A DNA stretch of 64,000 nt, from positions 1 to 64,000 of the IMG/VR virus record IMGVR_UViG_3300020411_000483; one strand, 5' to 3'. The first letter of the stretch is position 1. Every line of letters starts with the position of its first letter. The translations under genes were made by a program, and so were the position numbers. The DNA is from a virus. The notes below the pieces were generated by a model. The model saw only the letters and a program-made list of their open reading frames with translations. It had not been told where the DNA came from and searched no databases. Positions 1 through 10,192 of the stretch are shown here, piece after piece.

Positions 1-1035
1 GTTGTTACCATTAAGAGCAGGAGCGTAGTCAAGAACGCCAGCCATTCCAAGAGCAGAAGCCACATCAGCAGAGCAGATGAGGATGTTGCCCTTCCCGCGA
101 CGAGTTTGCTGACCGATAGCGTTAGCATCTCGCTCTATCTGGAATAGAAGACCTTTAAATTTCTCAACAGACCATCTACCATTGGAGTCAACGTCTAAGT
201 CAAACTTACCAGCAGTAGCTGTGTTGTTTTGAGCACCAGCAACAGCGTTAGTATAGATTGTTCTAACGACTTCCCTGTTAATTTCAGCAAGGATTTCTGT
301 TGATAGGATGTTTGCAAGCTCCTGCTCGGCATCCAATCCATGAATTGCCTTGAGGTCTTGAGCCATCTCTATGCTGTACTCAGCTTTTAACGCACGGGCA
401 CGAGCAGTAACAGTTACTTTCTCGATTGAGAATCCCATCTCACGGAAGGCCGTGTTGGTGGCATTGCTGTCATCAAGAGCTTCAACTGTAGCAGTTGTCA
501 TACCAGTAGCATCACCTGTCTGCTCATATGTTCCAGCAGGGGAATCATTGAGAAGTGCAGGGTTGTTGCCTTCTGCGTCGTTGTTTGCAGATGAAGAAGC
601 ACCTGGATCGTAAGTGTTTCCACCACCACCAGAGAAACCTGCGTTAGGCTCATCGAAGAATGCTTCATCGTAACCACCAGCGGCTGGAGCACGCTCTGCA
701 CCGTAGTTGGTTCTCATTGCAAAGATAAGTCCTGTAGGACCTGTCATTGGTTGTACGCCTGCAACGTCATATGCAATAAGCATAGGCATTGAGCGTCTGA
801 TTAGGCTAATCAATACTGGGTCGAAACCTGCAACTGGACCAGTTGCTGTGTCGCCAGCAGTGTAACCTGTGGTTTGAAGAGTCTCAGTAAGTATCTTACC
901 CTCTTCACTAATTGCTTTTTCTTGGTTTTCAAGAAGTTGTGCGACTACGCCTTTCTTATAGGTATCACCGATCTCTGGAAGAGCGTCGTGATTCAGAACG
1001 GGTGCCCACTTTTCTTGGAGTGATTTAAGTGACAT
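1..1035 (-). CDS. gp23: major capsid protein gp23 (5' part, runs off window)
   Basis: Manual translation from ATG at 1035: MSLKSLQEKWAPVLNH...FDPVLISLIRRSMP..IAYDVAGVQPMTGPTGLIFAMR. AGAGGA RBS upstream; follows gp22. Confidence 0.97.
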   Translation of the reverse strand, partial: MSLKSLQEKWAPVLNHDALPEIGDTYKKGVVAQLLENQEKAISEEGKILTETLQTTGYTAGDTATGPVAGFDPVLISLIRRSMPMLIAYDVAGVQPMTGPTGLIFAMRTNYGAERAPAAGGYDEAFFDEPNAGFSGGGGNTYDPGASSSANNDAEGNNPALLNDSPAGTYEQTGDATGMTTATVEALDDSNATNTAFREMGFSIEKVTVTARARALKAEYSIEMAQDLKAIHGLDAEQELANILSTEILAEINREVVRTIYTNAVAGAQNNTATAGKFDLDVDSNGRWSVEKFKGLLFQIERDANAIGQQTRRGKGNILICSADVASALGMAGVLDYAPALNGNN

Positions 1036-1059
1036 TTGTCTCCTCTAAAAGTAGTTATT

Positions 1060-1067
1060 AATTTATA
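1060..1067 (-). promoter_or_regulatory. T4-type late promoter variant (TATAAATT) upstream of gp23
   Basis: 7/8 match to TATAAATA in the gp22-gp23 intergenic gap. Confidence 0.6.
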
Positions 1068-1068
1068 A

Positions 1069-2109
1069 TCATTTAGACCAATTGCTTAAAGCATCAACGT
1101 ACTTAGACATTGATGTGCTATTGGTATCTTCCACAAGGGGTTCCCCTTTGTCTTCGGTAGGATCTGCAACCTCGGTTGCTTCCTTGCGAGCAAAGTAGCT
1201 TTCCTTGATTGTCTCGACCTTATTTCTAAAGTCTTCTTCAGTTTCAAACTCAACACCCTCGGCTAGAGAAGCGAGCTTCTCTCTCTGAGTTTCAGCAAGA
1301 CCTGCTGATACCTCATTCACGATTTCCATTCTTGTAAGTTGTCCAAGTCTCTTATTGAGTTGGACGTTAGCGTCGATTTGCTCATTGAGTTTTGCTTCCA
1401 TCTCATCAAGCTCTCCAACCATACCGTCAAGTAGGTTGAATTTTTCTTCGGGCACAGTCAAGTTGTGCTCTACGAAGAGTCCTTTTAGACCAGCAAAGAA
1501 TGATTCTGCCATCTCTACCTTAATACCGTGCTCGACAGCTAGTGCATTTTCTTCTAGCCAAGTCTTAGCAGCGTAGGAGATGTAATCATCAACCTTTTCG
1601 GCCAATTCTGTTTTGATTTTCTCTGTCTCTTCAGTCAGAGTTTCGTCAAATGCTTGTTGTACAATCTTAAGTTCCTCGTTAACCTTAGAGGTTACTGCGG
1701 CTTCAAAGATCGTTACGGCTCTGGCTCTGAATTCTTCTGATAATTCTTCACCAGCGACAAGAGCGTCAACATCTTCAGTAAAGTCGTATTTGGTTTCAGG
1801 CTCTTCTTGGATGACTTCTTCGTCATTCTCGACTTCCTCCTGCTTAGATGATGCGTCCGAAGGCTTCGTCTTCAGGGACTTATCCTTCTCTACACTAACA
1901 GAGTTAGCAGCAGATTTTCCAGCGTTTTTGGTGCCAGCGGCTCCTTCAAGTGAATCCGTATCTACGTGGACAACTTTCTTACCACTGCCACCCAGAGAAT
2001 CAGATGACCCAGAGGTGTCAATCTTTTCGGCTGGTTTAGCATTTTTGGTAACAACGTTAGAACCCTCAGACACTTCTTCCATATTATCTAATTTCTGATT
2101 GTCAGACAT
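1069..2109 (-). CDS. gp22: prohead core/scaffold protein gp22
   Basis: Acidic coiled-coil; LSEEF..RA.TIFEAAV and KVDDY..Y...WL.EN motifs; lies between gp21 and gp23. Confidence 0.93.
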   Translation of the reverse strand: MSDNQKLDNMEEVSEGSNVVTKNAKPAEKIDTSGSSDSLGGSGKKVVHVDTDSLEGAAGTKNAGKSAANSVSVEKDKSLKTKPSDASSKQEEVENDEEVIQEEPETKYDFTEDVDALVAGEELSEEFRARAVTIFEAAVTSKVNEELKIVQQAFDETLTEETEKIKTELAEKVDDYISYAAKTWLEENALAVEHGIKVEMAESFFAGLKGLFVEHNLTVPEEKFNLLDGMVGELDEMEAKLNEQIDANVQLNKRLGQLTRMEIVNEVSAGLAETQREKLASLAEGVEFETEEDFRNKVETIKESYFARKEATEVADPTEDKGEPLVEDTNSTSMSKYVDALSNWSK

Positions 2110-2144
2110 TTGTTTTTACTCCGTTCAGTGCTTTAGTCTTTGAT

Positions 2145-2152
2145 TATTTATA
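2145..2152 (-). promoter_or_regulatory. T4-type late promoter TATAAATA upstream of gp22
   Basis: Exact consensus about 35 nt before the gp22 start. Confidence 0.8.
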
Positions 2153-2153
2153 A

Positions 2154-2798
2154 TTATAAACTCTTTAGAAACTTACTGAATGCGGAAACCTTCCGTTCTT
2201 GTAAGTTTATTAGAGTTGCCTCATCAATTTCCTGCTTAATTTGAGCAACAGCAGACTCTTTTAGTAAGCCGTTATCCCAAACCCACTCCTTTCCTTCCAT
2301 GATTCCATCTACAAATGCATCTGGAGCCGAAGGATCCGCTACTATATCAGCAGCAGTGGCAAGCATGAAGTCATCACAAACTATGTTACAGCCCTCTTCT
2401 TTCTTAAGAGAACCCATCCCACGACTAGAAACTCCTAGTCTTACACCTTCATCAAGTAAGTTTTTAGCAATTGATCCCATTGGTGTGTCAAGAATCTTGG
2501 CTCTACCAATGAAATTATTACCTTCTTGCTTTAGTGACTCGATCTTGTGGGACACACGATCAAGATTTATGCTAGGACCGTCGGGATGTCCTAACTCACC
2601 TAGAGCACGACCCTTTTGGATATGATGCTCATCATATTTAGCGACTTCTCTTTCGAGAGTCTTGACAGGATACTTCCTACCATTTTTATTTTGAAGTTCA
2701 GCCTGAAGGAATACACCTTCTATGAAGTGATTCTTCTTGCCTTCCTTTTCCTCAGATAGAAATTTAACCTGAGTTATTTCTTCAGCTATCAGTCTCAT
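2154..2798 (-). CDS. gp21: prohead protease gp21
   Basis: IEGVFLQ..NKNGR.YP, ALGELGHP, GVSSRGMGS, DIVADPSAPDAFV motifs. Confidence 0.96.
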   Translation of the reverse strand: MRLIAEEITQVKFLSEEKEGKKNHFIEGVFLQAELQNKNGRKYPVKTLEREVAKYDEHHIQKGRALGELGHPDGPSINLDRVSHKIESLKQEGNNFIGRAKILDTPMGSIAKNLLDEGVRLGVSSRGMGSLKKEEGCNIVCDDFMLATAADIVADPSAPDAFVDGIMEGKEWVWDNGLLKESAVAQIKQEIDEATLINLQERKVSAFSKFLKSL

Positions 2799-3153
2799 CT
2801 TCGGGTTCCTCCTCTTGGTTTACTTCATCAGTCTCAGCAGATGCCTCTACTGATGCTGGGGTTCCAGGAGCTTCCTCACCTTCTGGGGGATCTTCTGGAA
2901 GACGCACACCAGATGTATCTACATCTGTTACTTCAGCATCACCTACTCCGTCAATAGATTTCTCTACTTCATCAGCAGATGCCTGAGCAGTGTCGTCTAG
3001 GTCAAAGCCCATCTGCTTTGCAAACTCAAGCTTCTTTGCTTGAATCATGTCATATGTAGTCGCTGAAATAGCGTCATTGGTGGCATCAATAGCCGAAGCT
3101 TTCTGGTCACCAAATATTTTATCTACAATATCAAGGGCTGCATCTGATGGCAT
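2782..3153 (-). CDS. acidic hypothetical protein at the gp67/gp68 prohead-core position
   Basis: 123-aa ORF between gp20 and gp21 with a very acidic C-terminus; CTAAATA motif upstream (~3182-3188). Confidence 0.65.
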   Translation of the reverse strand: MPSDAALDIVDKIFGDQKASAIDATNDAISATTYDMIQAKKLEFAKQMGFDLDDTAQASADEVEKSIDGVGDAEVTDVDTSGVRLPEDPPEGEEAPGTPASVEASAETDEVNQEEEPEDETDS

Positions 3154-3191
3154 AACGATAAATCCTAGTCAATACAACAACTATTTAGCAA

Positions 3192-4793
3192 TTAAAACTC
3201 TGCTCTTTTCAAATCTGCGGGGTCAGGTTGAATTTCTTCCTGTGCAGGAGCTGCTTCTGCGCCAGCAGCAGGGTCAATTCCTGCCTCCATTGCAGCTAAT
3301 TCTTCAGGGCTTTGTATGATACCTGCTTCAGTTTCTTCTTCTATCTGCTTATCAATTTCCTTGATTTCAACGTCTGTCTGCTTAAGTACTTGACGACGAA
3401 TGTAGTCCACAGAGAAGTATTTGCCTACAAATGGATCCATTGTAGCAACTTGATTCATCCTCTCATTGCGGATTTCAATCTCTTTTAATTCTGTGAAGTA
3501 GTTGTCAGCAACATAATCAAACTGGATATGCTCCTTCATGGTATCCCAGTCTTCAAGTGTTACAATACCTTTAAGAACAAGTTGAGTTTTGAGCAAATCA
3601 ATAAACATCTCAGAGAAACGTTTACGCAATCTTGCGACAAACTTCTGGAATTTAACTTCGTCTCTGGTTATCTCAGCAGCACGACCAATGTTAAATGTAG
3701 TCTCTGTCTCCAGTCTGGAGTTAGGTACGTTTAATGACTTGTATAATTTCTTCTGGAAATACTTAACGTCTTCTAATTCACCTAAGTTTTGTCCACCTGG
3801 TAGTGTAGTAATCTCAGTACCTCTACCACCTTCTCTCCTAGGTAACCAGAAATCTTCTAGCATAGAAAGGAATTTCTTATCATCCTTAATCTCACCAGTG
3901 TTAGCATCATATACAAGTTTGTTTCTGTAACGACCCATTACCTCACGGAGGTATTGCTCTGCTTTATTCTTAGGTAAGTTACCAACATCGATGTAGAATA
4001 TTCTACGCTCTGGTGCTCTTGACAATCTGTATATAACAAGAGAGTCTTCAATCATCCTTAACTGGTTGACTGCTTTAATTGCTTTATGCAAATGACTCAA
4101 TGTCATGTTCTTATTCAAGTCCATGATACCTGAATGAACATAACAAATAGAATCTGGAGCAATCTTTAATCCCTGTGTAGGAGTTTGATTCTTCAGACCC
4201 TTTGGATCGTATAGGTAGTATGATGCAGACCTTTGAGTCAACATCTCATTGATTCCTAATCCTGGTCTTAAATCCTGTTTCTTCTTCTCGTGCTCTGAAA
4301 CCTTACGGATTTTACGAGGATCAATGTAACGTAATTCTATTAGACCTTCTCTAGGTTTCTTAGGGTCTATTACCTTATGATAAAATAATCTCCCATCAAC
4401 ATACCAGCGACGGAAGATTTCATAACTTCTATTTTCAAAATCTAATAAGCGAAGAATCTCTTGGAATTCCTCCCTCATTATTTTCTTAATCTTTTCTCCA
4501 ACCTTTAAGTTGGACAATTCTAATTCTACTGGGACATCATCAAAGTTACCACAAATAGTTTCATTAACGATATCATCAACAGCAGCATCACACTCAGGTT
4601 GTAGAACCATCTCTCTATAACGAGAGATTAATTGAAATTCATTTCTTACCTGACCATCAAAATCGATAGAGTAACCATAGTGACCACCCCCTGCAACGGG
4701 TTGTGATCCATCCAGGTTATCTTTTTGCACGAAGGAAGGCCCCTTCGGAGCCTTCTTCTTGCGATCTAACGAAAAACCAAATAGCTGAGACAT
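3192..4793 (-). CDS. gp20: portal vertex protein gp20
   Basis: IYRLSRAPERRIFYIDVGNLPK, EDFWLPRREGGRGTEITTLPGGQNLG. Confidence 0.98.
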   Translation of the reverse strand: MSQLFGFSLDRKKKAPKGPSFVQKDNLDGSQPVAGGGHYGYSIDFDGQVRNEFQLISRYREMVLQPECDAAVDDIVNETICGNFDDVPVELELSNLKVGEKIKKIMREEFQEILRLLDFENRSYEIFRRWYVDGRLFYHKVIDPKKPREGLIELRYIDPRKIRKVSEHEKKKQDLRPGLGINEMLTQRSASYYLYDPKGLKNQTPTQGLKIAPDSICYVHSGIMDLNKNMTLSHLHKAIKAVNQLRMIEDSLVIYRLSRAPERRIFYIDVGNLPKNKAEQYLREVMGRYRNKLVYDANTGEIKDDKKFLSMLEDFWLPRREGGRGTEITTLPGGQNLGELEDVKYFQKKLYKSLNVPNSRLETETTFNIGRAAEITRDEVKFQKFVARLRKRFSEMFIDLLKTQLVLKGIVTLEDWDTMKEHIQFDYVADNYFTELKEIEIRNERMNQVATMDPFVGKYFSVDYIRRQVLKQTDVEIKEIDKQIEEETEAGIIQSPEELAAMEAGIDPAAGAEAAPAQEEIQPDPADLKRAEF

Positions 4794-4825
4794 TATATTT
4801 TTTGACTTAGTTTAAATCCCTACCT

Positions 4826-4833
4826 TATTTATA
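4826..4833 (-). promoter_or_regulatory. late promoter TATAAATA upstream of gp20
   Basis: Exact consensus in the gp19-gp20 gap. Confidence 0.8.
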
Positions 4834-4849
4834 GGGGTTTGGAAGTCGG

Positions 4850-5452
4850 TTATTTCTTAGCCGCTTCAGGAGTCCAGTATTGGACTTGTAGCTCAACAGT
4901 GAATTCTTCCACTGCGTCGTTACTTCCGAAGTCTAAGTCTATTGCAGCAACGTTACTTGGGAATACGTTGTAGAATTTATAACCTTTAAGAATCTTAGGA
5001 GCCTCAGTCTTATTACCTGTTGCTACAGTTGCACCTGTGTCTCTGGCAAGTTGCCAAACACTCATGTCTGCAAAGTAACCAGTTGAATCACTGTCGTCAC
5101 CTAATGTGCCAGCAGCAGTAAAGTTTTCATTACTTGCTTGAATTGCGTCAACCCATAACTCGAATGCATTCCTTAAGACGAAACCAGAATCATTCATGAT
5201 TGTGATTGTCCATGGCTCGAATGTACGGTCTCCAGCAATCTTTAATACTCTTCCTCGGAAGGGTACTTCAATTACTCCGATTTGTGATGCGGGTAAATTA
5301 GCAGCTCTAACTGTAAACTTTCCAAGGTTTGAAAGTGCTGCGTCGTTTATTATACCTGTTGGGAAGTTTAAATCCACCTGAAACAGGTTAGGGCGAGCGA
5401 AGTCGGATACAACACTTGCCTTAAAGTCATCAATAGTGCCTCTAATTGCCAT
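4850..5452 (-). CDS. gp19: tail tube protein gp19
   Basis: ARPNLFQV, VPFRGRVLKIAGDRTFEPWTITIMND, EEFTVELQVQYW. Confidence 0.96.
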   Translation of the reverse strand: MAIRGTIDDFKASVVSDFARPNLFQVDLNFPTGIINDAALSNLGKFTVRAANLPASQIGVIEVPFRGRVLKIAGDRTFEPWTITIMNDSGFVLRNAFELWVDAIQASNENFTAAGTLGDDSDSTGYFADMSVWQLARDTGATVATGNKTEAPKILKGYKFYNVFPSNVAAIDLDFGSNDAVEEFTVELQVQYWTPEAAKK

Positions 5453-5477
5453 TGTTTTTTATAGCTCCGTTTGCAAC

Positions 5478-5484
5478 TATTTAG
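5478..5484 (-). promoter_or_regulatory. late promoter variant CTAAATA upstream of gp19
   Basis: Lies between the gp18 terminator and the gp19 start. Confidence 0.55.
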
Positions 5485-5504
5485 ACTTTCCGCTTTTTTG
5501 ACAC

Positions 5505-5531
5505 AAAAAAAGAGACCCCGTAGGGTCTCTT
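5505..5531 (-). terminator. rho-independent terminator after gp18
   Basis: Minus strand AAGAGACCC-TACG-GGGTCTCTT followed by a T-run; cUACGg tetraloop. Confidence 0.9.
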
Positions 5532-5548
5532 GATTGTTTTTATTTAAT

Positions 5549-7807
5549 TTAACCAGCAACCTCAGCGAAAGAAACGCCAGTTCTTGTTGCTACGAATGTT
5601 AGAGTAATGTAGTTAATCGTGCGAGTTGGTTTCACGAATATCTCTGCGTAGAATTCTCCACGGTCAACAGATGCTGGTGGGTTATTCTCCTCGTCACACT
5701 TGACTAAGAAGTCTGTTACACCACGACGACCTTGGACATCTCTCAAGTATGGCTCAACAATGTTGAGGAAGAGATTTCTTTGTGCCTCATCGTTTTGCTC
5801 GAAGAGTTGTGTCTTAGCAGCAGTGCTAATAACTCTCTCGATAACAAGGAATAAGCGACGGACGTTGATTCTATCGAATGCACTTGCGAATCCTTGAGCA
5901 GTTTTGTCACCGAATAATACGATGCCTTGTCCTGGGAAGGAAACAACAGGGTTAATTCTATTTGCATAGAGGGTATCACGCTGTGTCTTGTTAGGTGAAT
6001 ATGCAATTTTAATTGCATTTCTTAATCCACCACGAGAGAAACCAGCAGGTGAGAACCATGGTTCTGCTATCTCAGCAGTTTGAAGTACTAGTCCAGCAAT
6101 GTCTCCGTTGCAAGGGACATAACGATAAACATCATTATACTTGTCATAGATGTACTTGTAACCAGAGTCAAATACGCAATAGTTACTTGAAGGTAACTGG
6201 TCGAAGTAATCAACTATATTTGTTGTAATTTGTGCAGGGTCAGTTATACCAATAACGTCTGCTCTTGTTGGTGAGAAGAATGCCATGCAGTCACGACGCT
6301 CTTCAACAATGTTTGTAATTGATGTTGCCTTAGCAATAGCAGCAGCATCCGTTGCACCAGCTGGTCCAGAAAGGATGAAGTCAATTGTTTGTGATTCAGG
6401 GTCATCAACTAAACCATATGCAGTAGCGATGTCAGTATTAGAAACTGTATATACACCTGAGCCAGTTGTATATGTTGCACCACTTGCTAGGCGATAGTAG
6501 TGTGTTGAGTTGGACTTAGATCCAATTGTGATAGCACCACTTGGATATGCAGTAGTACCAGCAGCGGAACGAAGTAGGTTAAATCTGCGGTTGATAGCAG
6601 ATAGTGACCAGTTACCATCTGAAGCAGTTGCGTTTCCTGTGAAAGGAGCAGCTTCATCAGATCCCCAATAGATGTATTGTGACTTCTGCTTGATAACTTC
6701 TTTGTAGTAGTTAACTTCACCAACAGAAGACTTACCGTCAGTTGCTTTAGATACACCAACGAATCTTTCTAAGATTGATCCAGGGTTACCAGTAATTTCT
6801 CCGTCAACGTCAACAACCAAGATATGTAATTCATCATTCTCTCCACCAACTGAGTTAGCGTAGATAGAAGTTCCAGGTCTTGGAGCAACGTTAATCCACT
6901 TAGAACCAGGTAGATACTCACGCTCTGCATACTCATTTCTTACTGAAGTAACAGTAGCAGCGTTAGATGCACTGTCTGTAAGAGCATCAGAAGCAGCGAA
7001 GTCGATGCTTGCTTTGTCCTTACCAATGTAAAGAAGACGAGTAATACCAGCAGTACCGATAACAGCAGTGTTACTTCCTTGAGTTACAGTCTGACCATCA
7101 GCGATGATACCAGTAACACCACCTGAAGGAATACCGATTTCAAGAATCTTGTTACCTGCATCCCATGCTAGGACATCAACTGCTTCAGCAGAACCACCAA
7201 TTCCGATACTTGTAGAAGCACCAGGTACGAATGTTCCAACTAGAGTTGTTACTGTTAGACGAATTGAATACTTATATACTTTACCTTTTGCACCTGATGC
7301 AGCAGTTAGAGCTAAATCTTCAGCATATCTCCACTCGTTACCTGATCCAGGAGCAGGGATTACAGCAATCTGGTCAGGACCAGCGTCTGTTGCGAAGATA
7401 CCTAGGGAGTTTCCAAGTAAGCCAGGAGTTCTCGATGCATAAGTCCAAGCGTTGCTATTGCTACTCTCGTAAGTTGTCTCGTAGTCTTGTAAATTCTTGA
7501 TTAAAGGAGCAGTACCTGTATCAACAGCATTCTTCAATGCACTGTCATTGATACGGATAGTCTTTAAGATACCACCATAGGATAAAAACTGTGCAGCAGT
7601 AAACCAGAACTCATAGTTGTTCTCATTCGGCTCACCGAAAACTGAAACCAGACTCCTTTCAGAAGCGATTTGCACAATCTCTTCGACTGGCCCTTGTGCA
7701 AATGGAGCTGCTAAAACTCCGATATTAAAACCAGCTGGAGCAGTTACGGTGGTAAGATCCCTTTCCTGTACTACTACACCTGGAGAAAGCTGATTAGAAA
7801 CGCCCAT
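5549..7807 (-). CDS. gp18: tail sheath protein gp18
   Basis: SPGVVVQERDLT, PWFSPAG..RG, FDRINVRRLF, KPTRTINYITLTFVATRTG. Confidence 0.97.
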   Translation of the reverse strand: MGVSNQLSPGVVVQERDLTTVTAPAGFNIGVLAAPFAQGPVEEIVQIASERSLVSVFGEPNENNYEFWFTAAQFLSYGGILKTIRINDSALKNAVDTGTAPLIKNLQDYETTYESSNSNAWTYASRTPGLLGNSLGIFATDAGPDQIAVIPAPGSGNEWRYAEDLALTAASGAKGKVYKYSIRLTVTTLVGTFVPGASTSIGIGGSAEAVDVLAWDAGNKILEIGIPSGGVTGIIADGQTVTQGSNTAVIGTAGITRLLYIGKDKASIDFAASDALTDSASNAATVTSVRNEYAEREYLPGSKWINVAPRPGTSIYANSVGGENDELHILVVDVDGEITGNPGSILERFVGVSKATDGKSSVGEVNYYKEVIKQKSQYIYWGSDEAAPFTGNATASDGNWSLSAINRRFNLLRSAAGTTAYPSGAITIGSKSNSTHYYRLASGATYTTGSGVYTVSNTDIATAYGLVDDPESQTIDFILSGPAGATDAAAIAKATSITNIVEERRDCMAFFSPTRADVIGITDPAQITTNIVDYFDQLPSSNYCVFDSGYKYIYDKYNDVYRYVPCNGDIAGLVLQTAEIAEPWFSPAGFSRGGLRNAIKIAYSPNKTQRDTLYANRINPVVSFPGQGIVLFGDKTAQGFASAFDRINVRRLFLVIERVISTAAKTQLFEQNDEAQRNLFLNIVEPYLRDVQGRRGVTDFLVKCDEENNPPASVDRGEFYAEIFVKPTRTINYITLTFVATRTGVSFAEVAG

Positions 7808-7848
7808 TAGTAAAACTCCGTTTGATTAGTGCATCGTTTGTCTAAGAA

Positions 7849-7856
7849 TATTTATA
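7849..7856 (-). promoter_or_regulatory. late promoter TATAAATA upstream of gp18
   Basis: Exact consensus in the gp17-gp18 gap. Confidence 0.8.
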
Positions 7857-7867
7857 ATTTTGAAACG

Positions 7868-9541
7868 TCACCTATACTCCCACATGTAAGAACTATCCCC
7901 GTACTCTCCTACAGATGCGGAATTCTCAGCAACCTTCCACACATCTCCCTGAGCATCTTTAAAAACTTCTTCCTCAAATCCGTCGCTCACAAAACCGAAT
8001 GGAGCCATGTCTTGCTCAATTGCTTCTCTCTGATCTCTATAGATTCTTGCTCTAACATCAGTATCATTAAGCTCTTTAAAGTATTGCTGCATAGCAAGCC
8101 AAGCAAAAATAACCATACACATAGCAAGGTCATCGTTACATCCTTCTTCCGCTTGGAATGATTGTCCCTTTTGAATGAATGTAGTTAACTCTGCAATACA
8201 TTCATAATCTGGAATCAATAATTTATTATCTTCTACTAATACTTTTAAGTTGGAACAACCAACTTGCTTAACAGCAGTAGACATCTTGACTCCCATCTGT
8301 GTCTTCTTACCTGAGAATCCTTGTCCTACCTGTTGTCCTGCTCTACCCCGCATTGCACACATGAGTAGATTATCATACTCTAAATCATACTGAATAATAT
8401 CCGCTACCTGACCACCAACATCATTTACTTCTACTAATATAAATGCACCATTATAATTTCTAGCAACATCTACCAGTATGTTAGGGAATAGAATAGGTTT
8501 AACATCATTATTTCTATATCTAGCAACTATCTTATAGGGGATTGTTGTTGTATCAACCACCAGAAATGCAGAATAATCACCAGATACGCCCCTTGCAACG
8601 TCAGCAGTGATAACGTAGTTATGCTTTTCCTCGACATTTTCATAAATTGCTAGACCTTTGTTTTCATTAAGTGGATCCTCATATGTCATAGTCCTCAATG
8701 CAGTAGGACTAATAAGAGTGTCAACTGATCCTAAGAATTCACACTCAAACTCAACTTTGAATTGCTGCTCTGAAGTGTTTGCAATGGTTTGCTCTTTCCA
8801 TCTAGCATCTCTACCAGGTACTTGAGACCAATGAACCTCAGTTGGTACATATTCATTCTTCTTTCTTTCAGCATCATGCCAAAGTTTATAAAACATATTC
8901 ATACCGTGTGGGGTAGAAATGATTATAACTTTAGTTTTCTTACCAGAAGATATAGTAGGATAAACTGAACTAAAGAATTGGTCAGCAATATGATTCGGTA
9001 CGAATGCAAATTCGTCTAAGAATATAACGTTGAATGACATACCACGAACTGCTGATGCAGAAGTGGATGCTGCCATAATCTTACTACCATTCTCTAATTC
9101 CAGACTACCTTTATTCCATTCGTTAATACCCTGTTGCAACCAACGTGGTAAATTTTCATAAGATAATTGGAGACGACCAAGCATTTCCCTAGCCGTTGCA
9201 GCTTTGTTTGCAAGAATTGCTACGTTTACATTCTGATTAAACAGGACATACCATAAAAGATATGCTGTAACAATTGTTGACTTCCCAGACTGTCTAGGTA
9301 ACTTTGCTATATTGAATCTTTCAGTATGAAACTTCTGCACCATTTCCTCTTGGAAATCGTACATATCAAAAGAGACTAAACCTTCATCCAGAGATACAAT
9401 CTTTAAGTACTGTCTGATAAAGTATATTGGATCATCAGCACATTTAAGATATTCCTGAATCTGATCAGGTGTAAAGTCCTCAGAAACGTTTGCCTTTTTA
9501 AGGTTCGGGTTACCTAAGTATATGTCTTGGGCTTTAGCCAT
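7868..9541 (-). CDS. gp17: terminase large subunit gp17
   Basis: YLGNPNLKKAN, Walker A PRQSGKS, Walker B IFLDEFAF, nuclease motifs DVARG / NDDL. Confidence 0.97.
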   Translation of the reverse strand: MAKAQDIYLGNPNLKKANVSEDFTPDQIQEYLKCADDPIYFIRQYLKIVSLDEGLVSFDMYDFQEEMVQKFHTERFNIAKLPRQSGKSTIVTAYLLWYVLFNQNVNVAILANKAATAREMLGRLQLSYENLPRWLQQGINEWNKGSLELENGSKIMAASTSASAVRGMSFNVIFLDEFAFVPNHIADQFFSSVYPTISSGKKTKVIIISTPHGMNMFYKLWHDAERKKNEYVPTEVHWSQVPGRDARWKEQTIANTSEQQFKVEFECEFLGSVDTLISPTALRTMTYEDPLNENKGLAIYENVEEKHNYVITADVARGVSGDYSAFLVVDTTTIPYKIVARYRNNDVKPILFPNILVDVARNYNGAFILVEVNDVGGQVADIIQYDLEYDNLLMCAMRGRAGQQVGQGFSGKKTQMGVKMSTAVKQVGCSNLKVLVEDNKLLIPDYECIAELTTFIQKGQSFQAEEGCNDDLAMCMVIFAWLAMQQYFKELNDTDVRARIYRDQREAIEQDMAPFGFVSDGFEEEVFKDAQGDVWKVAENSASVGEYGDSSYMWEYR

Positions 9542-9725
9542 TCGCTTCTTTTATTGCCTCAACTATAATCTTTTTCAATTGTCTGCTTTTCTTTCTACCT
9601 AGACCAGCAGATGTATCTATCTTTACCTTAACCCAGTAAAGACCAATTAATACAAGGACAAATGGAATAGCATCTCCCCATGAGATTTCATTCCATGCCT
9701 CTACAACATTCAATACTCCAAACAT
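9534..9725 (-). CDS. small membrane protein (hypothetical)
   Basis: One hydrophobic segment (AIPFVLVLIGLYWV) followed by a basic tail; overlaps the gp17 start. Confidence 0.7.
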   Translation of the reverse strand: MFGVLNVVEAWNEISWGDAIPFVLVLIGLYWVKVKIDTSAGLGRKKSRQLKKIIVEAIKEANG

Positions 9726-9727
9726 AA

Positions 9728-10192
9728 TTAACCCTCATTAAGTGTCCCAAAGGATCTACGAATCTCTCGTAAATCCTCGAAGTTTTTTTGCTTAGTTCCA
9801 CCATCGTAAGGCCAAGCATAACCTTCATCAATCATTTGCTCATTGAGTGAGATTGATTCCTCCCCAACGTAAAGCCAACCCAGAAGCCGACCGTACTTGC
9901 CGACACCACCATGAAGCTCAGTGCGAATAGTGAGCTCATCATCGCCAGCCAGAGTGCTTTCCAATTTTTCTTTGAGCCAGTTTGTTGCATCTATTCCCAG
10001 TTCCTTTTCTTCCAAGTCTCTTGTTCTTTTCTCTGGCGTATCAACTCCTGCAATTCTAACTCTTTCTTTCTTGTATAGATCAAACCCGAGATCAATAGTA
10101 ACGTCAATAGTGTCACCATCAAGTACCTTGTTTATCTCCGTCACCCTGAAGTTGTAACAGCTCTTCCTGCTCGGTGGAGTCATCGCACCCAT
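9728..10192 (-). CDS. staphylococcal nuclease (SNase/thermonuclease)-like endonuclease
   Basis: VLDGDTI, RVRIAGVDTPE, GKYGRLLG, LNEQMIDEGYA motifs. Confidence 0.85.
   Translation of the reverse strand: MGAMTPPSRKSCYNFRVTEINKVLDGDTIDVTIDLGFDLYKKERVRIAGVDTPEKRTRDLEEKELGIDATNWLKEKLESTLAGDDELTIRTELHGGVGKYGRLLGWLYVGEESISLNEQMIDEGYAWPYDGGTKQKNFEDLREIRRSFGTLNEG

Noticed and set aside
3192-9541. Introns, inteins or homing endonucleases in gp17, gp18 or gp20
   Set aside because: The ORFs are continuous and of normal length, with no intein or HNH/GIY-YIG motifs seen.
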